A DNA stretch of 64,000 bases from positions 14,762-78,761 of IMG/VR virus record IMGVR_UViG_2508501111_000003. One strand, given 5' to 3'. This document shows positions 38,846-48,328 of this stretch, piece after piece; within the stretch, counting starts at the first letter, position 1; every line of letters begins with the position of its first letter. A program made the translations under genes and the position numbers. The notes beneath the pieces were generated by a model. The model was not told where the DNA came from and made no database searches. It saw only the letters and a list, made by a program, of their open reading frames with translations. Source of the DNA: a virus. Taxonomy: Duplodnaviria > Caudoviricetes.

Positions 38846-39934
38846 CTAGATGTTCTTCAACACGCCAATCGCTTCTGGCTCGGTAATGACGGGGAAGCTG
38901 GTCTGCCATGCTTCGCCTTCAATGCGCGGTGGCTTGTTCGACTTGAACTCGGTATGAATCACGCGGCCCGATTCGCTTTGGCCTGCGGCTCGCCCAACGG
39001 CGGTATAGCCCAAGGTATCGGTAATCAACGATTGTTCGGCATCAGGCACATCCAACTCTTCGTTGCGGCCTGTGAGGGCCACCATCACGAAGGCTTGGGC
39101 GTGCAGAAAGCGGGTATCGCCCGTTTGGGTGCGATAACGCAAGTCATAGCGCTCAATCGGGGGTAAGCCATCCATTTGCAAGGCCATATTGACCCCCATC
39201 AGGCTGGCACGACCCGCCATAAGTTCTAAAGACCCACCGTTGTTGGTCACAAAGTGACTGGTGCGCGATGCAACCTTGGCATTCCGCGCCATTTTGGTCA
39301 GCACAGGCGTGCCCGTAATGATCCGGCCCACGGTGTAGCCTTTGCTTTGCAGCAAATCAGCCATGGCGTAAATATCTTCAAAGGGGTCGTAGGCATCGTC
39401 AGCCCAATCGCCCGCCACGTTGACGCGGTGGCCTGCGGGATTGGTCAAGGCTACGGGTTTCCGAAAGGCGTTATCGCCTTCAATGATCACGCTGGCATCG
39501 ACAATGGCTTGCCAGCGCCATGCTTCGTTGGTTTCGATCAAGGACAAATTGAGCGTAGTTTCGGCCCAGCTCGTGAGCGCAGCAATGGCTTCCATCGAGG
39601 CATTGCGTTCAAGGTGTCGCAACAGGATATCGTAGTCGCGGCCACTCAGCTCGCGGGCAATATCACTGTTGGCCAACTTGACATCGAACGTCCCGATCAG
39701 GTCGCCACCCTTCTTTTGGGCGGGGCCGTAACGCGTTCCCCCATTGGCCACCACGGTGCGGTAGCGAATGGAATCCTCGGTATATTGGTTTTCTTCGACC
39801 ATGCGCTCGGGCAGTAACTCCGCGCCAAGGTAGCGCCGTTGTGGTCGCCCGAACTGAGCTAAGACATTGCGAGCAAGCCGGATCAGGGTTCCGTCCGCTC
39901 GCGCCTGATTGATTAAACTGGCAATATCAGCCAT
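38846..39934 (-). CDS. Major capsid protein
   Basis: 362 aa, follows scaffold and decoration genes. Confidence 0.85.
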   Translation of the reverse strand: MADIASLINQARADGTLIRLARNVLAQFGRPQRRYLGAELLPERMVEENQYTEDSIRYRTVVANGGTRYGPAQKKGGDLIGTFDVKLANSDIARELSGRDYDILLRHLERNASMEAIAALTSWAETTLNLSLIETNEAWRWQAIVDASVIIEGDNAFRKPVALTNPAGHRVNVAGDWADDAYDPFEDIYAMADLLQSKGYTVGRIITGTPVLTKMARNAKVASRTSHFVTNNGGSLELMAGRASLMGVNMALQMDGLPPIERYDLRYRTQTGDTRFLHAQAFVMVALTGRNEELDVPDAEQSLITDTLGYTAVGRAAGQSESGRVIHTEFKSNKPPRIEGEAWQTSFPVITEPEAIGVLKNI

Positions 39935-39991
39935 ACCAACAAACTCCTAAACAGATTGATGATTGAATGAATAACGATGCCTTCGCCCTGC

Positions 39992-40612
39992 TTAGGCTCT
40001 GCCGACCGTGCATTGATAGTGGCTGCGCACAAAGGCCTTGAGCGTGCTACTCAACCCTGCCCAGCCAGGTACAAAGGTTTCTTTCACGATGCTGTTGTAG
40101 CGATACAAATCGGCATCGTTGTTTCTGCTGGCATCGCTGATATCGAACGCCAGCAAATAGATCTCTTCATCAGCATCAGCAGCCGGACCAAAGGCTGTGC
40201 CGGCATCGCGCTCGGCCCAGGTGCGACCAATCAGCGTGCCCGAGACGATGGTGACGGGCTTGGTACCACTGCCCTTGTAGGTCGCTTTATCGCCACTCGT
40301 GAGGGCCACGGGCAACGCTTCAACGGCAATACTGGTTGCGCCAGCAGCAGCGGCAGCGGTCGAATAGGCATACTTGCCAGCGGCAAAGCGCAGCAACGTA
40401 TTTGCCGGAATAGGATTCACCAAGGCGGTGACGGCGATACTGGTCGCACTGACCAACGCATTGGCCGACAAGGTGACAATTGCGCCATCGGTTGCCAAGA
40501 ACTGGCTTGCATCAACCGTGGCTCCGCCGGGCATTAAGTGCTCGCGGTCTAAGAAATCGCCTGCCCAAATTGGGCTGGTAAGTTGATTAACGGTACCGAT
40601 TACTCCAGCCAT
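39992..40612 (-). CDS. Head decoration protein
   Basis: PGGATVD...GTLIGR pattern, between scaffold and MCP. Confidence 0.65.
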   Translation of the reverse strand: MAGVIGTVNQLTSPIWAGDFLDREHLMPGGATVDASQFLATDGAIVTLSANALVSATSIAVTALVNPIPANTLLRFAAGKYAYSTAAAAAGATSIAVEALPVALTSGDKATYKGSGTKPVTIVSGTLIGRTWAERDAGTAFGPAADADEEIYLLAFDISDASRNNDADLYRYNSIVKETFVPGWAGLSSTLKAFVRSHYQCTVGRA

Positions 40613-40614
40613 GA

Positions 40615-41346
40615 TTAACCTCGCTTCGGAAGGCTATAGCCCATCCGTTGATTGTGAGTGGTGATGGGGTCGTCGTTCTTGGGATTGCCTGCACCTTGGC
40701 GGACAAAGCCCGTTCCCCGCCCTGCGGGGGCTGTATCAGTTTTGAGAGCGGGCATGAATTCACCCCAGTGTTTGTCGGCATAGGCATCGAGTGGGGTTTC
40801 CACGTCGCCATCCTTGACGGTGATCGTGGTCTTGTCGCCCTCGGTTTTGGTGATAAATGTGACATTGCCTGCTAAGCGCTCCAGCACACTCGACTTCCAC
40901 TGCATTGCTTCAGCAACCGTGCGAATGGTGGCTTGTGTGCGGAGATTAGTCAGCTCGGTTTGCGCTTGCTCGCGCTCGGTCAAGCGGGTGCGCAATTCAT
41001 CGAGCTGACCAAGCGCTTGATAGTCCCGCCAGCGCTGCACATCGTCGCCGCTGAGCACCACGGCCCCATCAGGAACACGCTCGCGCAGCTGGCGATTCTG
41101 GTCGCGATACTGATAGTTTTCCTGCATGAGCAGCATCAGCGCAGCATCAGGGCTGCCTTGACGAGCAATCAGATTGGCAATTTGACCCGCAATATCGGGT
41201 TGATTTCCTCCGCCACTAGCGGGCGGATTAGCTGGTGGATTCGCAGGCGGGTTGGCTGGCGCTGGATTGCCACCGCCGCCACTGCCGGAACCACCGCCGC
41301 CGTTATCAGCAGCAAACAATTTGATTGAGCGAAAAAAACGAACCAT
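40615..41346 (-). CDS. Capsid scaffolding protein
   Basis: FAADNGGGG N-terminus, PPANPP repeats, coiled coil. Confidence 0.75.
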   Translation of the reverse strand: MVRFFRSIKLFAADNGGGGSGSGGGGNPAPANPPANPPANPPASGGGNQPDIAGQIANLIARQGSPDAALMLLMQENYQYRDQNRQLRERVPDGAVVLSGDDVQRWRDYQALGQLDELRTRLTEREQAQTELTNLRTQATIRTVAEAMQWKSSVLERLAGNVTFITKTEGDKTTITVKDGDVETPLDAYADKHWGEFMPALKTDTAPAGRGTGFVRQGAGNPKNDDPITTHNQRMGYSLPKRG

Positions 41347-41352
41347 CGGTAA

Positions 41353-41823
41353 TTACTCCTCTATTGCGTGCGCTGCCAGTGATTGCTGGAGCAGCGGGAA
41401 AATAATGCGTGTCAGTGCCGTAACAACCTGCTCTTCGGCATGGATTTGCATTTCGTGCATAAACATGCCCCGCCGTTTAACAGGAATTTCGAGCAGCATG
41501 GCTTCAATCAAAGTCGTCAACGGTGCTACGAGAATATGAAGAAACTCATGTACCAAGACCCGTTTAAGTGGCTCTACTGGTTGTTGATCCCAATACTCAA
41601 TCACGGCATTTGAATAACGATGATTGACGTGAGCAAGCCCCGCTGTCGTTGGCTCCTCGTCGTGTTGCTCTTTGGTCATCGGACGAACATAGATATCCCA
41701 TCCTTGAAGGCTGAAGCAGTCACGCACCTGTTGTGCATAGGCTTCGACCCAAGCGGGGGGAAGTTGCCCGCTGTCACAGTCGTCTAGTGTTTCCGACGTG
41801 GCTGCCATCGCACTGACTCCCAT
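41353..41823 (-). CDS. HEXXH zinc-metallopeptidase-like protein
   Basis: LVHEFLHIL plus a downstream EE. Confidence 0.7.
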   Translation of the reverse strand: MGVSAMAATSETLDDCDSGQLPPAWVEAYAQQVRDCFSLQGWDIYVRPMTKEQHDEEPTTAGLAHVNHRYSNAVIEYWDQQPVEPLKRVLVHEFLHILVAPLTTLIEAMLLEIPVKRRGMFMHEMQIHAEEQVVTALTRIIFPLLQQSLAAHAIEE

Positions 41824-42065
41824 ACCTTTGGCTTTCGATTCGGTGCCGCTTCACATCCCCGTGCGGGTGGATCACCAACGCGGGATGGATGGATGCATGG
41901 ATGGGTGAAGTCATCAAAAGACAGCAACCGTGTGGTCATTGGATACGGCCCGAGACTCAATGACCGAAGCGATTCGCGAAGCTGTTCCGCTTTCAACGCG
42001 AACGCTGAATCGACCTCCGCCTGTAGTGCTCGCATTGCTTGCGCGGCATCATTGAATTCCATCAT
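41784..42065 (-). CDS. Hypothetical protein
   Basis: GGAGG RBS, coupled to the upstream stop. Confidence 0.5.
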   Translation of the reverse strand: MMEFNDAAQAMRALQAEVDSAFALKAEQLRESLRSLSLGPYPMTTRLLSFDDFTHPCIHPSRVGDPPARGCEAAPNRKPKVWESVRWQPRRKH

Positions 42066-43057
42066 TGCGCCATCCTCCGTAATGCTTCGACCGTGGTGAC
42101 TTGGGTGTTTGCACCCCACACCCCACCGCTGTGGACGGTTGCTAAATCTTCAAACTGAAAGACACCCTTTTGCCATAAGGCGTAGCGCCCTGGACCAAGC
42201 ATTGATCGTTGGGTTGCTGCGTCCTGTTGCAGAAACCATTGCTTGCCCGTTGGGATCGCCAGCGGCTCGCGGCCTCTTAAAATGGGCACGATAGTGCATC
42301 TGCACTGAGGGTGTAGCGGCATCATCACATTGGTTGGATAGACCGTACCATCGAGCGCCAAACATGCCAGACAGGTACGCCGCTGGCGTGCCGCGATGCG
42401 CATGTAAGCGTCGGCTAAGCCACTCGTTTGATACTGCTGCAACGCAGCCAAGCGTGCTGCTCGAATCGACTGATCACGGGTCAATAACAAGGCATGATTG
42501 AGACTGGTTGCTAAGCCGTCATTGACCATCATCCGCGCCGTGATGCGCGGATTCTTCCCTAACGCAAGGCCACTCAACAGGGCATCGGTGATGGCTTGGG
42601 CCGTTTCCGGATAGGCGTTGCTCAGCAAGAGCGCCAAGGGATTGTCAGCCCGTGCCAACGCGGCAATGTTTTCAAATGCGCCGCTGTTCAACTGCGTGAA
42701 TGACCCTTGAATCGCGCCGGAATAGCGCAACCACGCCGTGGCCTGCTCCGCGCCCATACTGGCAAAACTCAACTGCTGGGCTTGCATGATGGCCGCTGCA
42801 TCGGCGTTGTACTTGGCCAATTCCCGCTGGAGCTGCACCAACAACGCTTGGTAGCGCTCGTTCGCATACAGTTGCGATTCACTGACCGTTTGCCCATCAG
42901 CTTTGGTCTGACTCATTTGAAACGCCAACGCTTCCATTTCGGCCTGCAACGCCGCTTCGACCGTGCGCCAGCGTGTGGTCAGCGCGTCCATCGCACTCGC
43001 GTTCTGCGCCTGAAGCTCAGCACGGAATTGATTGGCAATGGCAACCGCGTCGATCAT
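42062..43057 (-). CDS. Minor head morphogenesis protein (SPP1 gp7/Mu F-like)
   Basis: TCLAC and PLHPQCRC motifs. Confidence 0.88.
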   Translation of the reverse strand: MIDAVAIANQFRAELQAQNASAMDALTTRWRTVEAALQAEMEALAFQMSQTKADGQTVSESQLYANERYQALLVQLQRELAKYNADAAAIMQAQQLSFASMGAEQATAWLRYSGAIQGSFTQLNSGAFENIAALARADNPLALLLSNAYPETAQAITDALLSGLALGKNPRITARMMVNDGLATSLNHALLLTRDQSIRAARLAALQQYQTSGLADAYMRIAARQRRTCLACLALDGTVYPTNVMMPLHPQCRCTIVPILRGREPLAIPTGKQWFLQQDAATQRSMLGPGRYALWQKGVFQFEDLATVHSGGVWGANTQVTTVEALRRMAQ

Positions 43058-44625
43058 GCGGGCTGCTCCAATCCGGTGCTAGCAGCACCACTATCAAGTC
43101 GCGCTTGCTGCATTGCCAAGGCTGCGCCTAAACTTCGAGCGCTACGAGCCTGCTTTTCTTCCTGCTCGGCAGCAATGCGAGCCTTTTCAGCATCGACATC
43201 TTCAACATCAATCAGACTCAAGAACAGGTCGTGACTAATGGCCCCTTTTTCATAGGCGGCCAATAAAAAGTTGCGTTCCTCGCTGCTCAGGCTACCCAGC
43301 CACAACCGTGGCGTGACATCGGCGCGGAGACTATCAAAGGCTTGAGCACGACCTGCAAAATGCGCCGCCAACGCGAGGGCCGCTTCGAGCACCCAGCGCA
43401 CCAGCTGCTTGAGGGCCGTGGCCGTTGGCCCAAGCGACATCGCAAAATCCAACAACGCTTGTTTGCGGCTTTCCCCACTCGCCACCGCGTCACCACTCAG
43501 CAGCGCATGCAGTTGCTTGCACTCCTTGAGCATCCGGCTATAAATCGCTGCGTCGGTATCGATGAACGTGCCAACGGGAACGGGTTCACGCCATTGCACC
43601 GATGGGGTGGTGTAACCCGTGATGCGCTCAATCTGCCCATCTTTTTCACGCATCGGCAGCCCAATTAAATTGGTGGTTTTGCCCGGCCCGATGTCATACG
43701 GGCGATACACCCGCAACTTTTTACCCGGGTTGGCCGGGTCGTCTACTTCATCAAACGGCATTTGAGCATTGGTCATGACCCGCTCAACAAAGCCACTAAT
43801 CACAATGTTGTGTTGGAGCATGGTCAGGGTCATATTGAGCGCCTTCTGCATTTGTTGCATGGACAACCCGATCAAGGGCTTGCAGACGATTTCGATCATC
43901 AGCAAATGACCCATCAGCGGTAGCCGTGTTTCGCCAGTCATTGCCTCGCCTTCGAGCGTGCGCATCACGGTTTGGCCTTCATCGATAAAGGTCACTTCTG
44001 CGACTTCTTTTTTATTGTCATTCGTATAGACATAGACCCCACATGCCTGCATCGTGGCTTTATCACGGCTCACCCCTGCTTGCTCGGGCGCTAACCAATC
44101 GAGCCAAATCAGGTTCAAGGCATCGGCCAAGGTTTCTTGGACTTGAATCACGTTGTCTTCGACATAGGCGGGTGGAACAAACAAGCGGAGCACGGCGCGA
44201 CCATGCACCACGGCGGTGGCAATGCTTTCTTGCAGGATACCGAGTACATTGCGCTGATCCCACCAACTCGTCATGGCGGCTTCGGCCTCATCAAGCAAAC
44301 CTTGCTCTTGGGGATTGGGTTGTTCCTCCTCTAGTAGCGGACGACGCACGGCATAGCTCCACTGGGGTTCACGGCCACACACGGCATTGGCGTGGCGCTC
44401 AATCACCTCGGCAATCACGTTGCTGGAAACAAACTCGCGCTGAATGCGAGTCATGACCTCGGTCGCGCCTTTATCCGTTGACGCAGGAGCTGGACCAGTC
44501 CACGCCGCCCCACCCTGCCAGTGATCGCCATCGCGAAACAGCACCGCACTTTTGACCGCTTCCGGCGTAGTTGGCAAGCGTTTTTTGGCGACTTCGACCG
44601 AGAGATTGTCAAAGGCTGTTGGCAT
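43054..44625 (-). CDS. Portal protein
   Basis: 523 aa after terminase; DGDHWQ and SGESRKQAL patterns. Confidence 0.85.
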   Translation of the reverse strand: MPTAFDNLSVEVAKKRLPTTPEAVKSAVLFRDGDHWQGGAAWTGPAPASTDKGATEVMTRIQREFVSSNVIAEVIERHANAVCGREPQWSYAVRRPLLEEEQPNPQEQGLLDEAEAAMTSWWDQRNVLGILQESIATAVVHGRAVLRLFVPPAYVEDNVIQVQETLADALNLIWLDWLAPEQAGVSRDKATMQACGVYVYTNDNKKEVAEVTFIDEGQTVMRTLEGEAMTGETRLPLMGHLLMIEIVCKPLIGLSMQQMQKALNMTLTMLQHNIVISGFVERVMTNAQMPFDEVDDPANPGKKLRVYRPYDIGPGKTTNLIGLPMREKDGQIERITGYTTPSVQWREPVPVGTFIDTDAAIYSRMLKECKQLHALLSGDAVASGESRKQALLDFAMSLGPTATALKQLVRWVLEAALALAAHFAGRAQAFDSLRADVTPRLWLGSLSSEERNFLLAAYEKGAISHDLFLSLIDVEDVDAEKARIAAEQEEKQARSARSLGAALAMQQARLDSGAASTGLEQPA

Positions 44626-44633
44626 CGATACCT

Positions 44634-46067
44634 CTAGTAGCTATTCCACGAGCCAGCCATGGCTTCGTCTTCGACTTCCATTGGTTGACTGGCAACCATC
44701 AGGGCAATGGCCCATGCCATCACGAAATCATCGTGATAGCCTGCGGGTGCGCCCGTCCCGCCGTTCTTCAAAATCCGATAAATCGCCAGTTCATTCAGCG
44801 CCGTTTGATTGCGAATTGTGACCAACACATCGCGCAGTGCCGTGGCGAACAAGTCAATCATTTGCGGCTTGGTCTGCGCATTGGTGAGCCACCCTGCTCG
44901 CCCATCAAGGCCATACACGATGCGGGTGAATCCGGCCAGTTTCATCGTGGTCAATACCGCGTGACCGTGATTGTTCCGCTCAACCGCAACCGTGGCCCCG
45001 TACACGTCTGACAAATTCATGAGAATGCGAGCGTATTCGTCCGGTTCCCATTTGCCGTGGACGCTGGCCATTTCTTCCCACGACACCGCATCGATCAAGG
45101 TGGCAGCGCAGAAGTCGCCGTGCTCCAGCCCTTCGGCCACGTCCGCTGCCAGAATGTAGCGTCGTCCTTGCTGCGGCAGGTGGTAAACGGTCACGCCGTC
45201 CAGGAGCGAGAGCGATGCTGGAAGCTCATCGAGCGCAAGGCCATCGCTGGGATTTTGCTTCAGCAGCCATGGCATTTTGAATCGCGTGCGCCCTGACACC
45301 AAAAAGGCTTCTTGCGCGGTTGAGGGATATTCTTGCCGCACCATGTCCGGGTCGGTATATTCCTCAAGCTGGTTGTGATACCACGCCGCATCCCGCGTTG
45401 GTCGTGCCCACCACGGTAAAAAGATCGTGGTAAAGCGATTTTTGGCACTGATGGCCTTGAGCCACAGTTGATGAAACAGATTGCCAATCCCATTGGCCGT
45501 CGATAAGACAATCAGTTGGCCGCCGCCGTCGATCGTGGGCTTGAGCGCGGTATACAACTGGGTTGCCCAGAGCAGGAACGCGGCTTCGTCCAAAATCACC
45601 AGTGATGCCGTAAAGCTGCGACCTGCCCCTTTGGTCGCGGGGAGTGACTTGACCCGACTGCCATTGGCCCATTCCAGTTCGGTCGTGTTGTCCGTGACTA
45701 GCGCTGGCGAGGCCTCACGCATCCACTCGGGTAAGCGTTCATACAAGCGCTTGACCCGTTGCAGCATCTCATCGGCTTCGCCTTGGCCTTTGCTGAAGAT
45801 CAGCACCACTTTGCCCGGTTGGAAGAGGCAGAGCCACAACGCATAGGCGCAACACAACCAACTAATGCCTAATTGCCGTGCCTTGAGAATCAAGACCAAA
45901 CGCTGGATTAAGAGTGTCCAGAGCACCTGTACTTGGGCAGGCCAGAGCGTAAAGGGCATCGCGCCGCTGCCATCCCCCAACCCTTGGGCATCGTCGATTA
46001 ATCCGAAGTGGTGGGTGAAGTAGGCAGGGTCGGCATGGCACTTTGCCAGTTCGACAGCATTCGACAT
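44634..46067 (-). CDS. terL: Terminase large subunit
   Basis: LKARQLGIS Walker A, LVILDEAA Walker B, ADVAEG and HDDFVMA nuclease motifs. Confidence 0.95.
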   Translation of the reverse strand: MSNAVELAKCHADPAYFTHHFGLIDDAQGLGDGSGAMPFTLWPAQVQVLWTLLIQRLVLILKARQLGISWLCCAYALWLCLFQPGKVVLIFSKGQGEADEMLQRVKRLYERLPEWMREASPALVTDNTTELEWANGSRVKSLPATKGAGRSFTASLVILDEAAFLLWATQLYTALKPTIDGGGQLIVLSTANGIGNLFHQLWLKAISAKNRFTTIFLPWWARPTRDAAWYHNQLEEYTDPDMVRQEYPSTAQEAFLVSGRTRFKMPWLLKQNPSDGLALDELPASLSLLDGVTVYHLPQQGRRYILAADVAEGLEHGDFCAATLIDAVSWEEMASVHGKWEPDEYARILMNLSDVYGATVAVERNNHGHAVLTTMKLAGFTRIVYGLDGRAGWLTNAQTKPQMIDLFATALRDVLVTIRNQTALNELAIYRILKNGGTGAPAGYHDDFVMAWAIALMVASQPMEVEDEAMAGSWNSY

Positions 46068-46717
46068 TGTTCCTCACGCCACTGCTGCAATTCCTTGGCA
46101 GCCTGTTCCAACGCTGGACTATCAATCACAATCGGCGCACTGCGATCCCCTTTATGCACATGTTCTTGTTTCTGCTTGCGACCTCCCGTTTCCTTGGCCA
46201 AGTCATCGAGCACCCCGCGATAATCACTAATGAGGGCCGAGTTGTAGCGGTAGATTTCAACCTGCTCGGCATACTCGCCTGCCCCGATTTGTTTGACATC
46301 GCGTATCCATACATTCGGTCGCTTGTGTGGGTGATGTTCGTCAACCTCTTTAATTTGTTCTTCTAAATCCTTAGCCAACTCCTTGAGCTTGATCACCCGC
46401 TCGAAGTCAAGGCCTAAGCCGTCTTCAAACACCTCACGTCGTCGAGCGGCCAGCGCATCATTTTTTGCTTGCTCCAGCTGCGCATCATAGGCTTTCGCAC
46501 GATCGGTCCAATGGAATTCGGTTGACCAGTGAGCCAGTGTTTTGAAGCGAACTGTTGGCGGTTTGTTGGCGGTTTGTTGGCGGTAGCGCTCAAGCAAGAT
46601 GCGTAACGAACGCCCACTCCCAAGGCGCAGATAATCGTTGCAGGCGACTACCGCCTTATCCGATTCGGTGGCGTGACGTTGACCTGTGATAAGTTGTAGT
46701 GGTTCGTGCGTGGTCAT
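45998..46717 (-). CDS. terS: Terminase small subunit (probable)
   Basis: Overlaps the terL start; HTH-like N-terminus with WxxRAxAYD. Confidence 0.7.
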   Translation of the reverse strand: MTTHEPLQLITGQRHATESDKAVVACNDYLRLGSGRSLRILLERYRQQTANKPPTVRFKTLAHWSTEFHWTDRAKAYDAQLEQAKNDALAARRREVFEDGLGLDFERVIKLKELAKDLEEQIKEVDEHHPHKRPNVWIRDVKQIGAGEYAEQVEIYRYNSALISDYRGVLDDLAKETGGRKQKQEHVHKGDRSAPIVIDSPALEQAAKELQQWREEQCRMLSNWQSAMPTLPTSPTTSD

Positions 46718-46848
46718 TGCTCGCCGCCTCGGTCGTTTCGCCGCTGGCGCGGCGGATAATATTAAGCGTCTTGCGATAGGTCATCGCTGATGACGATGAA
46801 GAAACACAGAACAAAGCCGATGGAGATCAGCGCACACCAGAGCATGGA

Positions 46849-47184
46849 TTATGCGGATTCCTGCATCTTTTTCTGCTTTTCAGCCATCACGAGATCGCGG
46901 AGCAGGGTTTCGCTGAATGGCAAGCCATACTGGGTAAGATAGCCACTAGCAACCTGCACCGCTTTGGTCAATAGATCCTCAGCCTTAAGGCCGTGGGCTT
47001 CGGCTGCTCGCAAGCCTGCTTTCACTGCTCCATAAAGCGCGGCACGTTGCTCTGCCCCAAGATTGGCAGCAGCCCAAGTGTTCAAGGCGTTTGCCGCTTT
47101 GGGGGCAGCCGATTTGAGAAAACCAACAGCGAACGAGAGGGTGGTCACAATGACCAGCGCGATGGCGGTTTGAGTTAGGGTCAT
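46849..47184 (-). CDS. Putative LL-H-type holin
   Basis: Single N-terminal TM; AVxAxxxAAE...KxxxA pattern. Confidence 0.6.
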   Translation of the reverse strand: MTLTQTAIALVIVTTLSFAVGFLKSAAPKAANALNTWAAANLGAEQRAALYGAVKAGLRAAEAHGLKAEDLLTKAVQVASGYLTQYGLPFSETLLRDLVMAEKQKKMQESA

Positions 47185-47630
47185 ACCGATGCTCCTTGTC
47201 CAAGGGGTGATAATAATTCATCAATGGGGTCAAGCCCCGTGTGTTGATCGTCGGTTCGTGGAGAGGTGGTTGGGCGATCAAGGCCTGCCCGCCGAGGCTT
47301 TTTGGGCAAGGGGATCTGATGGTGATGACAGGTGTCTTCGAGGGCTTGGATGTACAACTGGGCATCCATGAGCGCATAGGCATCGATCGTCCAGCGTTCA
47401 CGGGCATTGATCACTTCACGCCGCAAGGCGCTCAGCGCCAAATCGAACTGGGCACTGAGTGCCGCCAGTTCGCGTTTAGCCGCATCACGCACGGCATGCA
47501 ACTCGGCTTTCAAGCTAACGTTTTCGCGGACAACCGAGAGGTAGCCCCGCGCAAACATCCATGCCCCAACCATCACGACAATGGTGAGGCCGATCAGCCA
47601 TACCACCGCACCAATCAGTAGACTATCCAT
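47181..47630 (-). CDS. Membrane-anchored coiled-coil protein (first late gene, lysis-associated?)
   Basis: N-terminal TM followed by a coiled coil. Confidence 0.6.
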   Translation of the reverse strand: MDSLLIGAVVWLIGLTIVVMVGAWMFARGYLSVVRENVSLKAELHAVRDAAKRELAALSAQFDLALSALRREVINARERWTIDAYALMDAQLYIQALEDTCHHHQIPLPKKPRRAGLDRPTTSPRTDDQHTGLDPIDELLSPLGQGASV

Positions 47631-47695
47631 AGATCCCCAACCACATCAGGAGGAAGCGAAGGCCAGGCAAGAAGGGGTTTGCACAGAAAGGAGGA

Positions 47696-47741
47696 AAACA
47701 AAAAGCAACAGGTTAAATTGGTCTGTGCAGACCCCTGTTGC
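47696..47741 (-). terminator. Leader terminator right after the late promoter
   Basis: GCAACAGG...CCTGTTGC followed by TTTTTGTTTT; inner GGTCTG/CAGACC hairpin. Confidence 0.8.
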
Positions 47742-47749
47742 TTGCGAGG

Positions 47750-47777
47750 ATTATAGCACGTCTGTGCTGTTTGTCAA
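47750..47777 (-). promoter_or_regulatory. Consensus sigma70 late promoter, copy 1
   Basis: TTGACA-N16-TATAAT on the minus strand; TATCCCA repeats at 47794, 47804 and 47813 upstream. Confidence 0.85.
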
Positions 47778-47980
47778 TGAAAATAAAGCGAATTATCCCA
47801 ACTTATCCCACATATCCCACATCTTTAATAAAAATGATGTTGCAATTGAAATCCTTACATAGAGCGAATCTGATAATCTTCAATTATAGGCTCTGTCTAT
47901 GATTCAATGTTGTAACATACAACATGAAACTCTAAATCTTTTTTTTCGTAAAGAGGCAAAGTTAAAATGGAAGGAATTAT

Positions 47981-48328
47981 ATGGAATGGCAAAATCTTAC
48001 AATACAAATTCTATTTATGATTCTAGGACTATTGAGTTTTCTATATATGATTATTGGTCTATATAAATGGGTTGTATCAGGAGGAAATAGATATAATATT
48101 TATGAATCAATAAATATTATAAGTGATAGTATAATTATATTGATTATTGTAATTTCCTCTATTATTTTAGGTTATATACTGAAAATGGAATTTAATCAAG
48201 AATGGGCTATTATGATATCACTATTGTTTATGATATTTATGATATATTTGTATAAAAAAAGGATAATTTATTTATATAAATTTGATTACAAAAAAGATGA
48301 TGAAGGAAATGGGGATATATATGAATAA
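47981..48328 (+). CDS. Small 3-TM membrane protein
   Basis: Very AT-rich; overlaps the next start. Confidence 0.75.
   Translation: MEWQNLTIQILFMILGLLSFLYMIIGLYKWVVSGGNRYNIYESINIISDSIIILIIVISSIILGYILKMEFNQEWAIMISLLFMIFMIYLYKKRIIYLYKFDYKKDDEGNGDIYE

Larger units (their letters stand above)
47645..47821 (-). repeat. Late-control region copy 1 (direct repeat with 54657-54823)
   Basis: Alignment by eye; copy 1 has one extra TATCCCA unit. Confidence 0.93.

Noticed and set aside
40615-41346. PPANPP and poly-Gly repeats, and the PPxRSxELPP duplication at 16110-16210
   Set aside because: Ordinary low-complexity linkers within proteins.
27988-47407. Numerous plus-strand ORFs opposite the unit B structural genes (and minus-strand ORFs opposite 267-3329)
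   Set aside because: Shadow ORFs of GC-rich coding sequence, with no RBS or motifs.
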